A stretch of 64,000 nt of DNA. Origin: Epiperipatus broadwayi (lineage: Eukaryota; Animalia; Onychophora). The notes under the pieces were generated by a model. It worked only from the letters and a program-made list of their open reading frames with translations, was not told where the DNA came from and searched no databases. The stretch covers positions 11,780,001-11,844,000 of the forward strand of contig JAQFVV010000002.1 of assembly GCA_028023455.1 (NCBI GenBank), in the 5' to 3' direction. A program made the position numbers and the translations under genes. Positions 49,100 to 62,591 of the stretch are shown in pieces; the stretch's first letter is position 1, and the number at the start of each line of letters is the position of its first letter.

Positions 49100-51120
49100 A
49101 ATGCTGTATCAATATCTATACAATATCCCATGTTTCTTATGGATATATAAATGACAACTAAATTGATGGCATGAATATTCATCTTCTTACTTTCTTCAGT
49201 TACATAAATATAGACCAACCTGATGGCATAAATACATAAATGGAATTATAAATTTTATCTCTATTGGTTCAAACTAAGTTCAAATCTGAATAAGCACTTA
49301 TTCAAGAGTTACAGTTGGTTTAGTATTCATAGGTAAAGTTAAAGATAGAATAAGAAAAGAGTTGTAAATAGGTCATAAAGAAGATGATGAACACAAACAA
49401 ATAGAGAAGAAACTATAATTAGTATATACAATGGAATTGATAAAAAAAATAGCACTAAATATATATTTAAAAATAGGCAAGAAAATAAAAAAAAAGAAAT
49501 AATAAGTGATAAATAAGAAAATTCATAGCTAAAGGTAACAAATAATAATAGAATACATAAGTGCTAAAATGTTTTAGAATTACCAAAATAAATAGGTAGC
49601 ATATCAAGAGATTTAAACCTGAACATCAACACTGCAGAAGGAGTACATGTATGGGATGATAAATGATGCAGTATTTAATGAAATAGTAATAAAAGAATAC
49701 TACTAAACAGATACTAAAATGATCAAAAGTAAAAGCTAAGATGCAGATAGATTACATAAAAAATGAAGAAGCAAGAAACATTCTCAATATTAGAGATCAA
49801 GAATGACATGAAGTAGAAAAGCCAATATCACAGACAATAGAAATTGATGAAATGAATAATGAATGTAAAACAGATAGAGATTATGAAAGGCAAAAAATGA
49901 AAGAGCCAGAATCACAGATGATAAGGAAAAGAGACATGATAAGAATTTTGAAAGAAATCAAAAAGAATCAGAAAATAGTAGAAAAAATGCAGAGAGAAAG
50001 TAATAAAAACAATCAGTAAGTAATGAAGAGAACATTATGTGAAAATAAACAATAATAAAAAAAAACAAAACAACAAATAGTCAGATGTTAAAAGAAATTT
50101 AAAAAAAAATCCCAACAGAATTTAAAAATAATACAAAGAGAAAAATAATTAAAAAAAATCATCAATATAATACAGAAATAATTAAAAAAATGAAGTTAGA
50201 GACTCAGGCCATGCTTGAGAACATATCTTACAGAATTTAAAAGAAAAAAGACATTCAGAGAAAGCTACAAGACACCACACCAAAAATTTAAGAATAGAAA
50301 ATTATAAATCAAAAAAATAATCATGTATTTAAGCAGCTGAGAAAGATTGAGATTGATGAGAAAGATGATTCAGAACCAATCTTCAGCTTGTACAACATAA
50401 AATCACTAAATGAGAGACCAACAGAGATTGGTTATGAAGGAGAAGTAGCAATCAAAATTAAATAAATAGATGAAGATAATCTATTGAGTTCAATCTCGGT
50501 AGACAATGCTACATGTCATAAATGATAACCTTTATGAAAATTAGGATATTGAAAGATTAATCAGATGAAGAAGCTATAGAACCTTCTAAGTAGCTTAGAA
50601 AGATATTTTCAGCTCTACTTAATTAATGTCTGAAAAGATAAAACTGGCATAGGGTACAGTCAACTTCGAGAAATCTCACAGACATGGTGGGATTCTCTGT
50701 TCAACAAAATTGATAATTTTCAAAAATGTAAAAAAGCTTTATTGGATGCTTTCTGGATAAGGTAATACTAAGAAGGTGAAATGAATTAAATCTCTTTAAG
50801 AAATATGACAATTTTTTTTCTAGGAAAAGATAGTAAAATTGAAAGCGTAATTGTTCACACCTATGAAAGCCAAATCATTAAGAGAATATGCTACAATTTC
50901 CCATTAAGGTTGAATAAATGCTCATTGGTACTGATCAGTGAATTATCAATCAATTATCCAAACTATTAAACATGTAAGATATGAGCAACCAGCCATAAAA
51001 AAGTTTTGAACTTAAAATAGGTGTCAAGATAAAGAGATCTCATACTTCCTATGAGTGCATAAATGATAACCAATATGGTGGCATGAATATTTATCCATTT
51101 TACTTACTTTCATTACAATC
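49100..51120 (+). mobile_element. LTR-retrotransposon (Gypsy-like) gag remnant between ~60-bp direct repeats
   Basis: LLSSLERYFQL...QTWWDSLFNKIDNFQKCKKALLDAFW (~50580-50760); similar segments at 49144-49204 and 51057-51117. Confidence 0.5.
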
Positions 51121-54100
51121 TATTTATTTATCAGTTTATAATAAACTTAGTAAAGGGTATATATTTTTTCTGATTTATATGCTTATAGATTATGCTGACT
51201 TCATTTAAAAAGCTACTTTATATCAGATAATAATATGTCACATGCACATAATCAAAGAAGTAATAATTTGAAATTACATTTCATATTTAATCATTATATA
51301 AAAGTGAAGTAAAAATGCTCTGTTGCTGATTTAAAAATTTTTAAGTATGGCTTAAATTTAAAAATATTTTATTTCCCACTAAGTGTAGTTATTTGCACAT
51401 ACATTCCATGATTAACTGATCTCTTTGAAAGAAGAAATCAGTATATGTAACTCTGAATGGCTTATAGTATACACTTCTTTTCTTTCATGTTATATTTAAT
51501 ATGATTTTCTAAAATAAAATAAATGTGTTCTGAAAAATAACTATTTTCTTTTTAATTTACTTTAACTGATAAAATTACAGAATCTTAAAAATGTATATGT
51601 AGTTTTTGTTTTAATTACAAATATAAAATTTTTTCCATTAATGTTTTATAATTAAACAATATTTTTAAACACTTTTGAAATTCTTATTTGTTTTAAGAAA
51701 CAATTTTGAATGTTGCCAAAAAAAGAAGTTCTTGATTTGAAGCAAAACTGCTTTAAGATATGCAATTGTAATTAAAAACGGTTTAATATTTTATGTGATA
51801 ACATACAAATTGCAAAAGTTATTTACAATACTGTTAACTTTTATTGCAATAAAAAATAATTTAGAAACATTTCTAATGTGTACAGTAAAGAGTATACTAA
51901 ATAAATAACACACACACACACAAATGCTATCTCTTGTTTCATAAGAGACTATTTTTTAAATATAACTTTTCTTGAAGTTGTTTTTTAAAAATAAACATTT
52001 TCTCTTACATTTTATGTATAATGGTGACATGGCATCTAGAGGAATTATTTATTTCCATGTTAGTTTAAGATTGCCTAGTTTTTAAATAGGAATTTAGCTC
52101 AGTTATAATTCTTAAACTTAGTAAAAGGTTATATATACATGAAATGACAATGTGACAAATCTAAGTTAATTTAAATAATAATAAGAGTACTTAATGTTTA
52201 CTAGAGATAGTTATAAGAAAAAAAGAGAAAAATATAATAAAAAAAGTAAAATAAATAATATTTTTTGCCTCTCACTCTTCTGTAATTTTATTTATTTGTT
52301 TGTGAATATTTAAAAGGGTGTTTATTAATTTTCAAAAGAAAAAAAAACAAGAAATTAATCATTTTTAAAAATTGTTATTAATTAATTAAAAATGATTTTT
52401 TTTCATTTTCTCACCTTCACAAAATGTGTTTTCCAAATTAAAGTACAATAAAGTCATGCACTACACTATATTTAACTGCACAACTTCAATTATATGCTAT
52501 CTAAAGAAAAATGTAAATAAACAAATATGTAAATAAATAAAAATATTGAAATTTGTAAATTTTATGATATTTGAGAAGCCATTTTTTTTCTTAGTGCCAT
52601 ACGTGATTATATAAATTAATAAAATTTCTTGAGTTCATGTTGAAAGAACATATTTTATTCTTCCTTTAATATCCTTTGAAAATTTAATGTGCACTATTTT
52701 GCATAACAAACTATTGTCTAAGAGAAACACTTAAAGAAAATACTGATTTAACTAGTTCGTTATTATGCATGAAGACAGCACTATAGAATTTTCGAATTTG
52801 CAATATCCAGTTTCAGTTAAGAATTGAAACTATGGGGTCTACACATACATTTTACATCTTCAGATTCACCTTTTTCTTATGTTTCAGAAAATGTAAGTTC
52901 TATTTTTCTATCATAAAAATTGACAATTTAATGATAATTTTTGTTATCAAGTAAATAGAATTTTTTTGTCTTTCTCTCATTTTTTTTGCTAGTTAAAGGA
53001 AGAATATTCACTGTTAAAATTACATCAAAAAAAATATAATTTTTGACTGATGTATTTAGAAGATAATGTTATGAGGGCTTGATAAAAAATAACTCATGAA
53101 TGTGTAAATTTATACAGCAAATTATCTGCATTTTTTGATATGTGGGTTTGGGTCCAGTATTTGAATTAGGTGATATGCGATAAACATATTTTGCAAATAT
53201 TATGACACAATTTAGATTTTTCTATAATGTCTTGTCTGCATTTTAATAATAAAAATACACAAATGCTAAAAGTAAAGATTTTGACAGAATATATATAGTT
53301 AGGCTGATTATAGACTACTGCAATGTAAATTTCAAAGCTGCATATCAAATGCAAAGAGAGATGGCAGTTGATAAAGCTATTATTAAATTTATCATCATAG
53401 TAGCATGAAGCAATATGAGCCCTCAAAACCTAAACATAGGATAAATAATACTACATCGCACTGACTCTAAACTATAACTTATGTACCTCAAGCTTAACTC
53501 TATAATGAATTTAGTATTTCATTCACATTTTATTTTTATTTTATATGTAGTGATTATTTTAGTAATACTTTTTAATAAATTACAAACTTTATTGAAATTC
53601 TTTATTATAATATACAAATTATACTAATTATTGATCAATATTAACTACTTGTTATTAGGAATGACATATTCATTGCAAACCCCTGTAAGAAAATACATTG
53701 TGAAGGACTACTAGGAAAAATGAAAGGTACTAATGCCTTTATTCTATAAAGTTTTCAAATGATGGATTACCTTAAGTAAGTGTTATTATATACTAATTTT
53801 TTTATAAATTTTATGATGAATCCAACTAATTTACTAATAAAAATATAATTTTAAGGTGTATATGTGATAATTTTGAATTTATGAAGTAATATGAAAATAA
53901 TTATTAGAAATATTAAATTTTATTCTTTTTTTTATTATTTTGAATATCAATGACTATATTTTTTCCAGATTAATTACATTCTTTGGTGTTCTGTGTATAA
54001 AACAATATATATTATGTCATTTTTGAATAAAACAAACTTAAGTTATGATAAAATTTATGGTTTAACATATTTTTTTAAATATTCAATATAGCCACTTCGC

Positions 54101-56574
54101 CAGGTAAAAAATTAAAAAAATTAAAGAGATTGTAACTATCATGTTGCTATAAAAAAAGTTATTGAAAAAAAAAATTCCAGAGCATTACTTTAAAAATAAA
54201 AATACATTAGTTTTTTTTTCTTGCTTTAGTAAATGCATGGATGAACATACATTTAGTAATATACATATATGTATCTTTCTCAATATTTTATTAATAATAA
54301 TATTTTCTAAAATTTTGTTTATGCACACATATTTTAAAAAGCATCTATGTTATACATATAAATATGTGTGTAGTGCATTGAAAAGTAATTTATTTATGCT
54401 TATAATTAAATTAACAATGCATGTTCTATTCTGATCAATGTTTATCAACAAAAGATGAGCTATTATACCATATATAGGTTGAATGTGAGGGCAGTTTGGA
54501 ACAAAATATAACATAATTTGCATCTTCAACATATAAATGAAATGTTATTTGTTTCAAGTAATTAAGAAAGAAAAACAATAACAAGGGATTTCCCCCATAA
54601 TTAGGTATAATTAGTAATTTATTTATTTTTTTAAAAAAAAAGATAATCTTTTTGTAAAAAGAAAATCAACTGGTCAAAGTTTAATGCAGTCATATTTTAG
54701 ATAGTCCTATGATTTGTTTAATTTCAAGTTTATTTTTAAAAAATAAGAATGTTGAGGGGGGGTGAGGGAAGAAGGCTGTAGACTAATATAAAACCAATCT
54801 AAGTCCAGTTAAGAGTGAGAAGCTAAACCTGGTAGTTTTAAGTTAAAGTGAGCTCACTATTATTAAACAATGATTTTTGAATTAAATTTGACAATAACAA
54901 CATACTAAACTTTAGCTAAAAGCTTACCAAAAGGAATGTAAAACAAAGAAATACCCCTGGGAGTCCAAAACCATGACTATCTCAGCTTGTGTTAACCTGA
55001 TTAAAAATTATTATACTGGAAACATAGAACATCGTAGCTGTGAAATGAAAATAATCATTATACTGCAAACTTGGAGAAAGAGAAAAAAGCTGGCACAAAA
55101 AGAGATAGTTGCTAAACTGGATTGTGTGTTAACATGAAATGAAAATACTTGTTAATTTAAAATTTGAAGCCAGAAGAAGAAAAAAGAATGATTAAACTGG
55201 AAACTTGTATTAATATAGATTGAAATAATTATTAAAATGAAACAACACATATAACTATATAAGGAAGATTAAAGGAAAGAAAATCCATTTTTAAATATTT
55301 ATAAATATTTTTTATAATGTAAGAAATAATTGATAATAGTAGAATAATATATTTTGTCATAATATTAAGTATATGAATCTTATCATTTTCAAAAGGGAAA
55401 GAAGTTTCAAGTTAATTTAAAATTATTTTTTTCTTTATTATGAAAATTTGGGGGGGGGTTGATTATTATAAATGGGAATAATTCATTTAGATTAAATGTT
55501 AGTTAATTAATAATGGTCAGCAGGAAATATTATATTTGCTACAGTAAATATGTATTGTATGAAATTATATGCTAACTTTGAATTACTTATACTATCTTTT
55601 TTAATTTTACTTTTATTTATTAATTAAGTTTATTAACCTATTTATCTGAAAACTCTTCCTGTTTATTTTAAAAGAGACCTAGCGAGTATAAATTAAATTT
55701 TCTTCCATATTTGAACATTTTATTTTTGTAATTAAAGTTGTTTTTTTTTGCATAATATACATAAATTTTAACATTATTTATTACAAATGTAAGCTTTCAA
55801 GTAATAGCAGTTTTAAAAAATAAATACTTTTTTAAAAAAATATAAAAATAAATATCTAAACAAAGTTTGAACCTATAGCAATGGAGGAGCATATCATTGG
55901 ATATAATTTACCTATTGAAAAGTTAGAAGAATAAAATATTAGATATTTGAATTTTATGTTTAGGATTATTTATCATCAAAGAAAAAAAAATCTAAAATTT
56001 AATAAATTATTTATTGTTATTAAAATTTTAAAAGTTTTTTGTTTTAACATTTTGATAAAGGTGGTTTGTTTTTACCAAATAGAAATTGCTTTCAATTGGC
56101 ATAATAATCTTTTTAAGAGTCATTTTTTAAAAAAATAAATTGTTTTTCAAAAACAATCTCCTATTAGTGATGCAGTTTTTGACTTATAAATAAGTTTTTT
56201 ACAAAATATTCCATCTTAACATTTAATTTATAAACAAATTAGTGAACAATGCAATTTTTCTTTACAAATTGGCAGTATTCATTTATTTAGACTCAGAATG
56301 AAACACTTGCCCAATCAAAAATTCTCATTTCTATTGACTTCTGGGCTGTCTCATGTTAAATAGAATACAGTCAATCACGTAAAAAGTCCATATAATGCTA
56401 ATATCTTTTTTTTCAACTAATATATTAAAATTACTGCTGTGGGAAAAAAGGGAAATTGCAAACTATCACAAAATCATACTATAATGTTATACATATGCTT
56501 TAACACAGCATAAAAAAGATAGAAATTGCAATGTCATTGCAACATCTAAAATATCAAAATCTACATGTAGATAC

Positions 56575-56759
56575 AACAGGCAAAACTCTCCATACAGTAG
56601 TGCCACTCAGTGGAAGCCAGAGTAATCAATGGATGCCAGAAGGCTTGTGCATAAAATCCCTATCTAATGTCTACTCATCCAATATCCCCAGACTAGTTTC
56701 TTGCTGTGGCTTTCATCAATGAGGAGCCTTGGATCTGAGAGCACTGTGATGTTTAGTGG
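56575..56759 (-). mobile_element. Family A copy 7 (arm fused to the tail end)
   Basis: 13-bp TSD ta(c/t)atgtagatac at 56562-56574 / 56760-56772; degenerate HHR on minus strand. Confidence 0.85.
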
Positions 56760-58319
56760 TATATGTAGATACCATGGAGCTTAATCAAAATACTAAATAA
56801 TTGTATAAAACAAATAATAATTTCTGATTTTTTGTTTGTTATCTTTATTATTCTAATTAACTATTCTGTGGAGTAGCAGTGTAAGTGACTGATGTCATCA
56901 TAGACTTGTGATTTAGGACATTTGTAGATTATCCCAGTAAAATTATTTAACGTAAGTTTATATATGTATGTTTTCTCTTGTTCACATTTACAATCCTAGA
57001 ATTCTTGTAATACCAAGCAAGTTTTAAGCATAATGGTGTTTAAAATATATAGATGGGTGTACATATATAAATATATGTCAGGGTGGGGCATCCAAAGAAT
57101 TCTCTGGATGACTCAAAGTTAAAAATCACGTTTAAAGTTCTCTCACTTTATAATAATTACTTATATTTATTCTTTGCTAATCGTTATTCATGCTCAGTGA
57201 TATTTGGATTTATGAGGTTTGGGATGATGATATTGATTCCCATAATTCCCTGATATTTTATGATTTGCCATCCTTTCTACTATATACATCTATTTCATAC
57301 CATTAGATTATAGTTCATCTGCTTATAATGTCTATGACCTGGATTCAAGTGAGTTCGAAATTTTCATTTAGATAGGTAGCCATTACTTAACCCAGTTAGC
57401 TAACTTAAATTGCACATTAAATGGTTATTTACTAGAGAATAATTCAAGAATGGAAAATCAATGAAAATGTTATTCCCTGGAATTTGGCAAACCTTGAAAG
57501 TAATTTCTATTCTTTCACTATCCTCTAAAATAGGAATATTAAAAAGGCATTTTTCTTACAGTGAACTACTGTATTTAGAGATTGCTTTACCTCTTATCTA
57601 TATCACAATCAAACTATTTTTTTTTGTAATACATTACATATAAAAAAAAATTAGGGCATCCCTCTTTGATTTATTTTTATTTTGTATTTTATATTATTAT
57701 CAAGCCTAAAGGTATTGTTGGAAACCGCGCTCATTATCTTTCAAAGTGCATTAGAAATATGTATATAATTTAATAAATAATTAAAAAAAAAATCTAGGAT
57801 TATTTATCTATATATAACATATAAACTAAAAAAGAATTAGAAATGAAATAACATTTAATAAATTTAAAAAAAAGTTTAAATCACTTCAGTTTTAAAATGA
57901 AAACATTTTTACAGATTAAAGTTAATTTAAGAAGGAAGTGCACTTAAGATTTTCAAGCGGATTTCCCCCCCCCCTACCCACTTAAGCTTTGTCTTATAAA
58001 TATTATTTACTTTACACAGGTGTTTCTCAGAGAGAAATTCCAGTGTTATAAAGACAGGAATAGTTTAGAAAGTGTCAATGCAATTACAAATTCATTATAT
58101 ATCTTATAGACTAATAGTGAATGATTTCAAATTTGATGTTATAGTCTACTTAATTAATTCTTATTTACAATTCTCTCTCCATATGTATTTATATACAGTA
58201 TTGTAAAATGAAAGGACAGCGTTCAATCAGTTCATTATAATAAAATGTGCAAAATTTGTCTCATTTGTTTAATGACTGTAAAACAAAATGTTTACAAAAA
58301 ATTTAAAACAAATGGGAAA

Positions 58320-58400
58320 TGGAGATCTATGAAAAAGGAGTGCAAAAACTCATCACAAGCCATGACAAGTGCAGCAATTTAATGTCACTTATGTATAAGT
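58320..58400 (+). mobile_element. Mariner transposase C-terminal remnant
   Basis: YEKGVQKLITSHDKCSNL matches the mariner C-terminal GI.KL..RYDKCLN motif. Confidence 0.55.
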
Positions 58401-59119
58401 GTATCGTGTATTATTTATAAGATATTACCAATAGCATAAAACCTGATTTTATTTTATTTTTTTGTGAAAAAAATAACTTATTAAACTTATTTATATTCAC
58501 AGATAAATTACTAAATCTTCTTTGTATAACGTAAAAGTTGTCAATGTACTTTACACATTTATTATTTCTACAGTAACGGATTATAAAATAATTTACCCAT
58601 TTTATATATTTTTTTTACATGTCAACATGGACCACGAAAATTGTATACCAGTTTCGCTTAAAAAAAATGTCAGCAAAGCATTCCTTCCCATACTGTAGGA
58701 AGCCAAGTTCAAATACATGATTGTGATTATCTTTGGTTTTAAATAATAACCCTGTTATTCCCCTCCTTCAAGATAAGAAGTAAGGAAGCTGTTTAATAAA
58801 ACAACCATGAAGCTTTATAAAGCCTGAACAGGATTTGACAGTAAAAAATCAATCTTTAATATCTTCTAAAGATAAAATGTAAATCAACAGAGGATTTCAA
58901 TTACAAAATAACCATATAAATTAATAAAAATCCAACAATTAAATTTGACTGACATTACTATTGTTAAGATTCTCAAAAATATAACAAAAAATTTAATAAA
59001 GATAATAGAAGGGATGAAATATTTACAGAAAATACAATATTATATATTAGAAAAATAATTTCAATACATTTTTAGTTTTTAAAAAAAAATTTTTTTTTTT
59101 TACAAAATAATTGAGATAT

Positions 59120-59180
59120 CCATTGATTACTCTGGTTGGCACTGAGTGGCACTACTCTATGGAGAGTTTTGCCTGTTTTA
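59120..59180 (+). mobile_element. Family A copy 8, 5'-truncated 61-bp insertion
   Basis: Perfect 11-bp TSD aattgagatat at 59109-59119 / 59181-59191. Confidence 0.88.
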
Positions 59181-59331
59181 AATTGAGATATAAATTTAAA
59201 ATTATTGCACTAGTCTTTAGAAAATCTAGCTATATATATATAAAGCTTATAAATATCTAATATTGTTCTTCAGACTAACAAAGAAATAAATATGAAAACA
59301 AAATTTGATATTTATGATTTTTACTATTCAA

Positions 59332-59403
59332 AAGTTGGTGGCCTAGAGGTTAGCATAGCTGCCTTCCAAGCAGATGGCCAGGGTTCGCTTCCCAGTTAAC
59401 GCA
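59332..59403 (+). pseudogene. tRNA-Gly(TCC) pseudogene
   Basis: Colinear with canonical eukaryotic tRNA-Gly-TCC (gttagcatagctgccTTCCAagcag); acceptor stem broken at the first pairs and T-loop TTCGCTT instead of TTCGATT. Confidence 0.8.
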
Positions 59404-60339
59404 TTTGACATATGAAAAAAAAAAGTTAGAATAAACCCTGCCAATTAATAAAATGGCAGCATCTATAATGTTAGAATCCTGTGTGATTCATATTTATATA
59501 TTTAATACTGTAATACATGAGTGCTAAATTTTTATTTCAATTGTTTTTCTTCATGAAAAATATTTTTATTATCAGTACTATATCTACCATATTATCTCTC
59601 AGTAGCTATGATTATTAATTCAAAATGATTATCAGAAATATGGTAATATTTAGATATGAGTTCAACATTAATTTATTAAGCAATATTTCATATACATTCT
59701 TTTCCCTTAATTCTGTGAGTTTTGAACTTAATTAAACTTAATGTTGTTAAAATTCTATATACATTTTAAAAAGGTTATTAAATATTCTGGTTTTAGCTCA
59801 TTTAAAAGAAAGAATGATAAAGAAGTTATTGTAGTTTGTTGTTGGGAGCTTATATGATGAGAACTTGAAGGAATAGAGTTGAGATTCATAAAATTTAGTT
59901 ATACATTCCACCACTTATTTCTGCCCCAAACCATACAGGGAATAAATAATATAATGAAATACTTATAATAAATATGTCAACAGTAATATATTGTTGAAAA
60001 TATAACAAATTTCCAATCAACCATTCATTTTTTCTGTATCAAAAACAAAACTCTAAGTCAATATTGTAAATAATATTAAACAATACACCTAAAGATTAAG
60101 AATTTGAATTACAGTTTATTATTAGGAATATTTTATTATTAATAAAATACCTTCTATCTCAATCTTAATTTTATTCATCATGTAAATTAACTTATTCCTT
60201 TATTGTAAATAATCTAGAAAAATGTTTACTAGCACAAGTGACAAACTGTAATTCTGATAGAAAGCACAAAGGTCATATTTTTAATATTCAATTAGCAATG
60301 TTAAATACTAGTAAATTATCAATACAATCACAAGATAAA

Positions 60340-61410
60340 GACTTTTGAAAAAATAAAATGGCCATCTTATCTTTTGTACCTACATGCAAATATATAGGCC
60401 AATCTTCAGCATCTTAGACTGATAGCATGAATATATTATATTATTCACTTCACTTACATTTCTATTTATTACATATTAACACTTGAAAAATCTTTATCTT
60501 GTGACTTGGGTCAAGAGTTTGCTAATATTTCACATCACTAATTGAATATTAAAAGTACAGCACATATCAAAATTAGTTGACACAGAACTAGTAAAAAAAA
60601 TTCTAGATTATTTCCATTAAAGTATAACATCTTATAATATTAACGTGTAATAAATTTCAAGATTTTGCAAATGTTAATTTGTAATAAAATAAAAATTTTA
60701 AAAAAGTGAATAATATAATATATTCTTGCTCTCAGTCAAGATGCGTAAGATTGGCTTATATCATTGCATGTAAGTACAAAAGATAAGATGATCATTCTTA
60801 TTTTTTCAAAATACTTTATCTTGTGACTTGAATTGAGAGTTTACTAGTATTTAATATCATTAATTGAATATTAAAAGTATGACACTTATATGAAGGATAA
60901 TTACCTTCATATCAGAACTTATTCTTTTAAGCAATATTTTATGAAATTTAAACTGATTAAAAAAATATTCTTATACTTCAAACGTATAGTAAATATATAT
61001 TATCTAATAAATAAAAATTTAAAATAATTATTATTAAATGTAAATTAATTGATTTTCAAAACAGATCTGTTTATCTCCATTCATCATTCAATCATATATT
61101 TCACATTAATCTAATCTTATATAGATATTTCTATAAAGTTTCCGTTCAACTTTTCTGTAATTTTTACATCTTATATATGAAATAGTTAAAAAAAACTATA
61201 ATTATCATTTTTTATGAATATCTTTTTTAATAATTATTACATTTTGATTTATCTGTATATCTAATTATAGATGTACTCAATAACCTCAGCACGGCACACT
61301 CTTAAAACACATGAATAAAGAAAGAGACCACAAAAGATTTCCCCAAAAGATGCATTTCATACAGAGCCAGCACTCACCAATTGGATCAAGTTATAATATC
61401 TCATATATAT
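60340..61410 (+). repeat. Diverged duplicate of sequences at 145-450 and 5550-5640, with an internal ~320-bp tandem repeat
   Basis: aatggccatcttatctt...tataggc(a/c)aatctt(a/c)agcatc shared with 160-220; aagatgcatttcat shared with 5567-5580; 60490-60570 repeated at 60812-60890. Confidence 0.7.
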
Positions 61411-62573
61411 GTTGCTCCACTTACAATTTTGACATAATCCATTCTAAATATGTATATCATATGTTCCATATTTATCAATAGTAAATAGTTAAATTTTGAT
61501 TTACAAGTATCAAAATGAATCCACTGACAACTTTGACATGATCTATTCTAAATAAATATATTAAGCAATATCACTAATCATTTATTAAACTTGAGATTCT
61601 CTGATCCAGATATAAACTTTAAACCTTTGAAAGATATTATATATGATTTTTAAATTAACACACATGGAATAATTAAACTTGTCTACTCTTTTTCTACATG
61701 TAATATCTTTTATAGATGTATTTAATAACTCAATCCACAACTTACTTTTAAAATACATAAGTATTATTTCAACAATATAATTTGAACACATACTGCATAA
61801 ATGGAATTCAGTAACAAGTTTTTGTTAAAATAAAATGTGATTTAATAATTATTTTCAAAGCTTAATAAACCACATATTTCATTTACTTGATTCTAATAAT
61901 TTCTCAAGATGAAGTTGTATTTATTGTTTATTAGTTTTATCTATTTTTACTGTCAACATATTCACTAATATGAGATATTGGTGTAAAAATGCAACTATAA
62001 CATGGCAGCAAAATAGTTAATCATAATTCAAAATCAGCAGTGTGATATCTAAAATTATTAAACAAATGATAAAAAATATAATAAGATGATTTAGTTTTTA
62101 ATTACATTAGTATATAATGTAGACTAAAAATGAGATCATCTTGATTTTGAGAAAAACAAATAATTCCCCAAGATAGCAGTAACAATGCTCTAAAGTGGAT
62201 GGCTCTCATATAAGTATTAAGCAAGTTTTATAAAGATAAAACATAGATGCTCTATATCTTGATTATTCAGTTTAAAGTTCCATGCTGATTTTATTGTCAA
62301 GTCTGATTATTCTCTTCTCAGCACAGACATGGCATTTATTCTGGCTATAATAACTTGATAATTTTGTCCTATGATTGGGTGTGATGCATAACTTTAATAT
62401 GATATCAATTGTTGCTATCATATTAGTATCAACTCTTAAAGTGGAGAGTTAATAAACCATGCTTGCAAAAAAGAGTACAGATAGCAAAATGGTAAATTTT
62501 AATAAACTTTCTTGATGGTGAATCACAATTTTAGATTTTAGGATTGTTGTTTCACACCAATTTTTGAGTCTCC

Positions 62574-62591
62574 CTCTCTCTCTCTCTCTCT
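62574..62591. repeat. (CT)n microsatellite
   Basis: Nine CT units. Confidence 0.9.

Noticed and set aside
49260-49295. Primer-binding site after the putative 5' LTR (tggttcaaac...)
   Set aside because: Not recognisably complementary to a tRNA 3' end beyond TGG.
52700-56400. Minus-strand exon-like pieces (e.g. VEDANYVIFCSKLPSHSTY, KLYPMICSSIAI)
   Set aside because: Short, stop-interrupted, no recognisable domain; cannot be distinguished from chance.
16341-61791. Remaining 60-120-aa ORFs of the ORF track
   Set aside because: F/I/L/K/Y/N-rich translations typical of AT-rich non-coding DNA, or antisense and off-frame products of the TEs listed.
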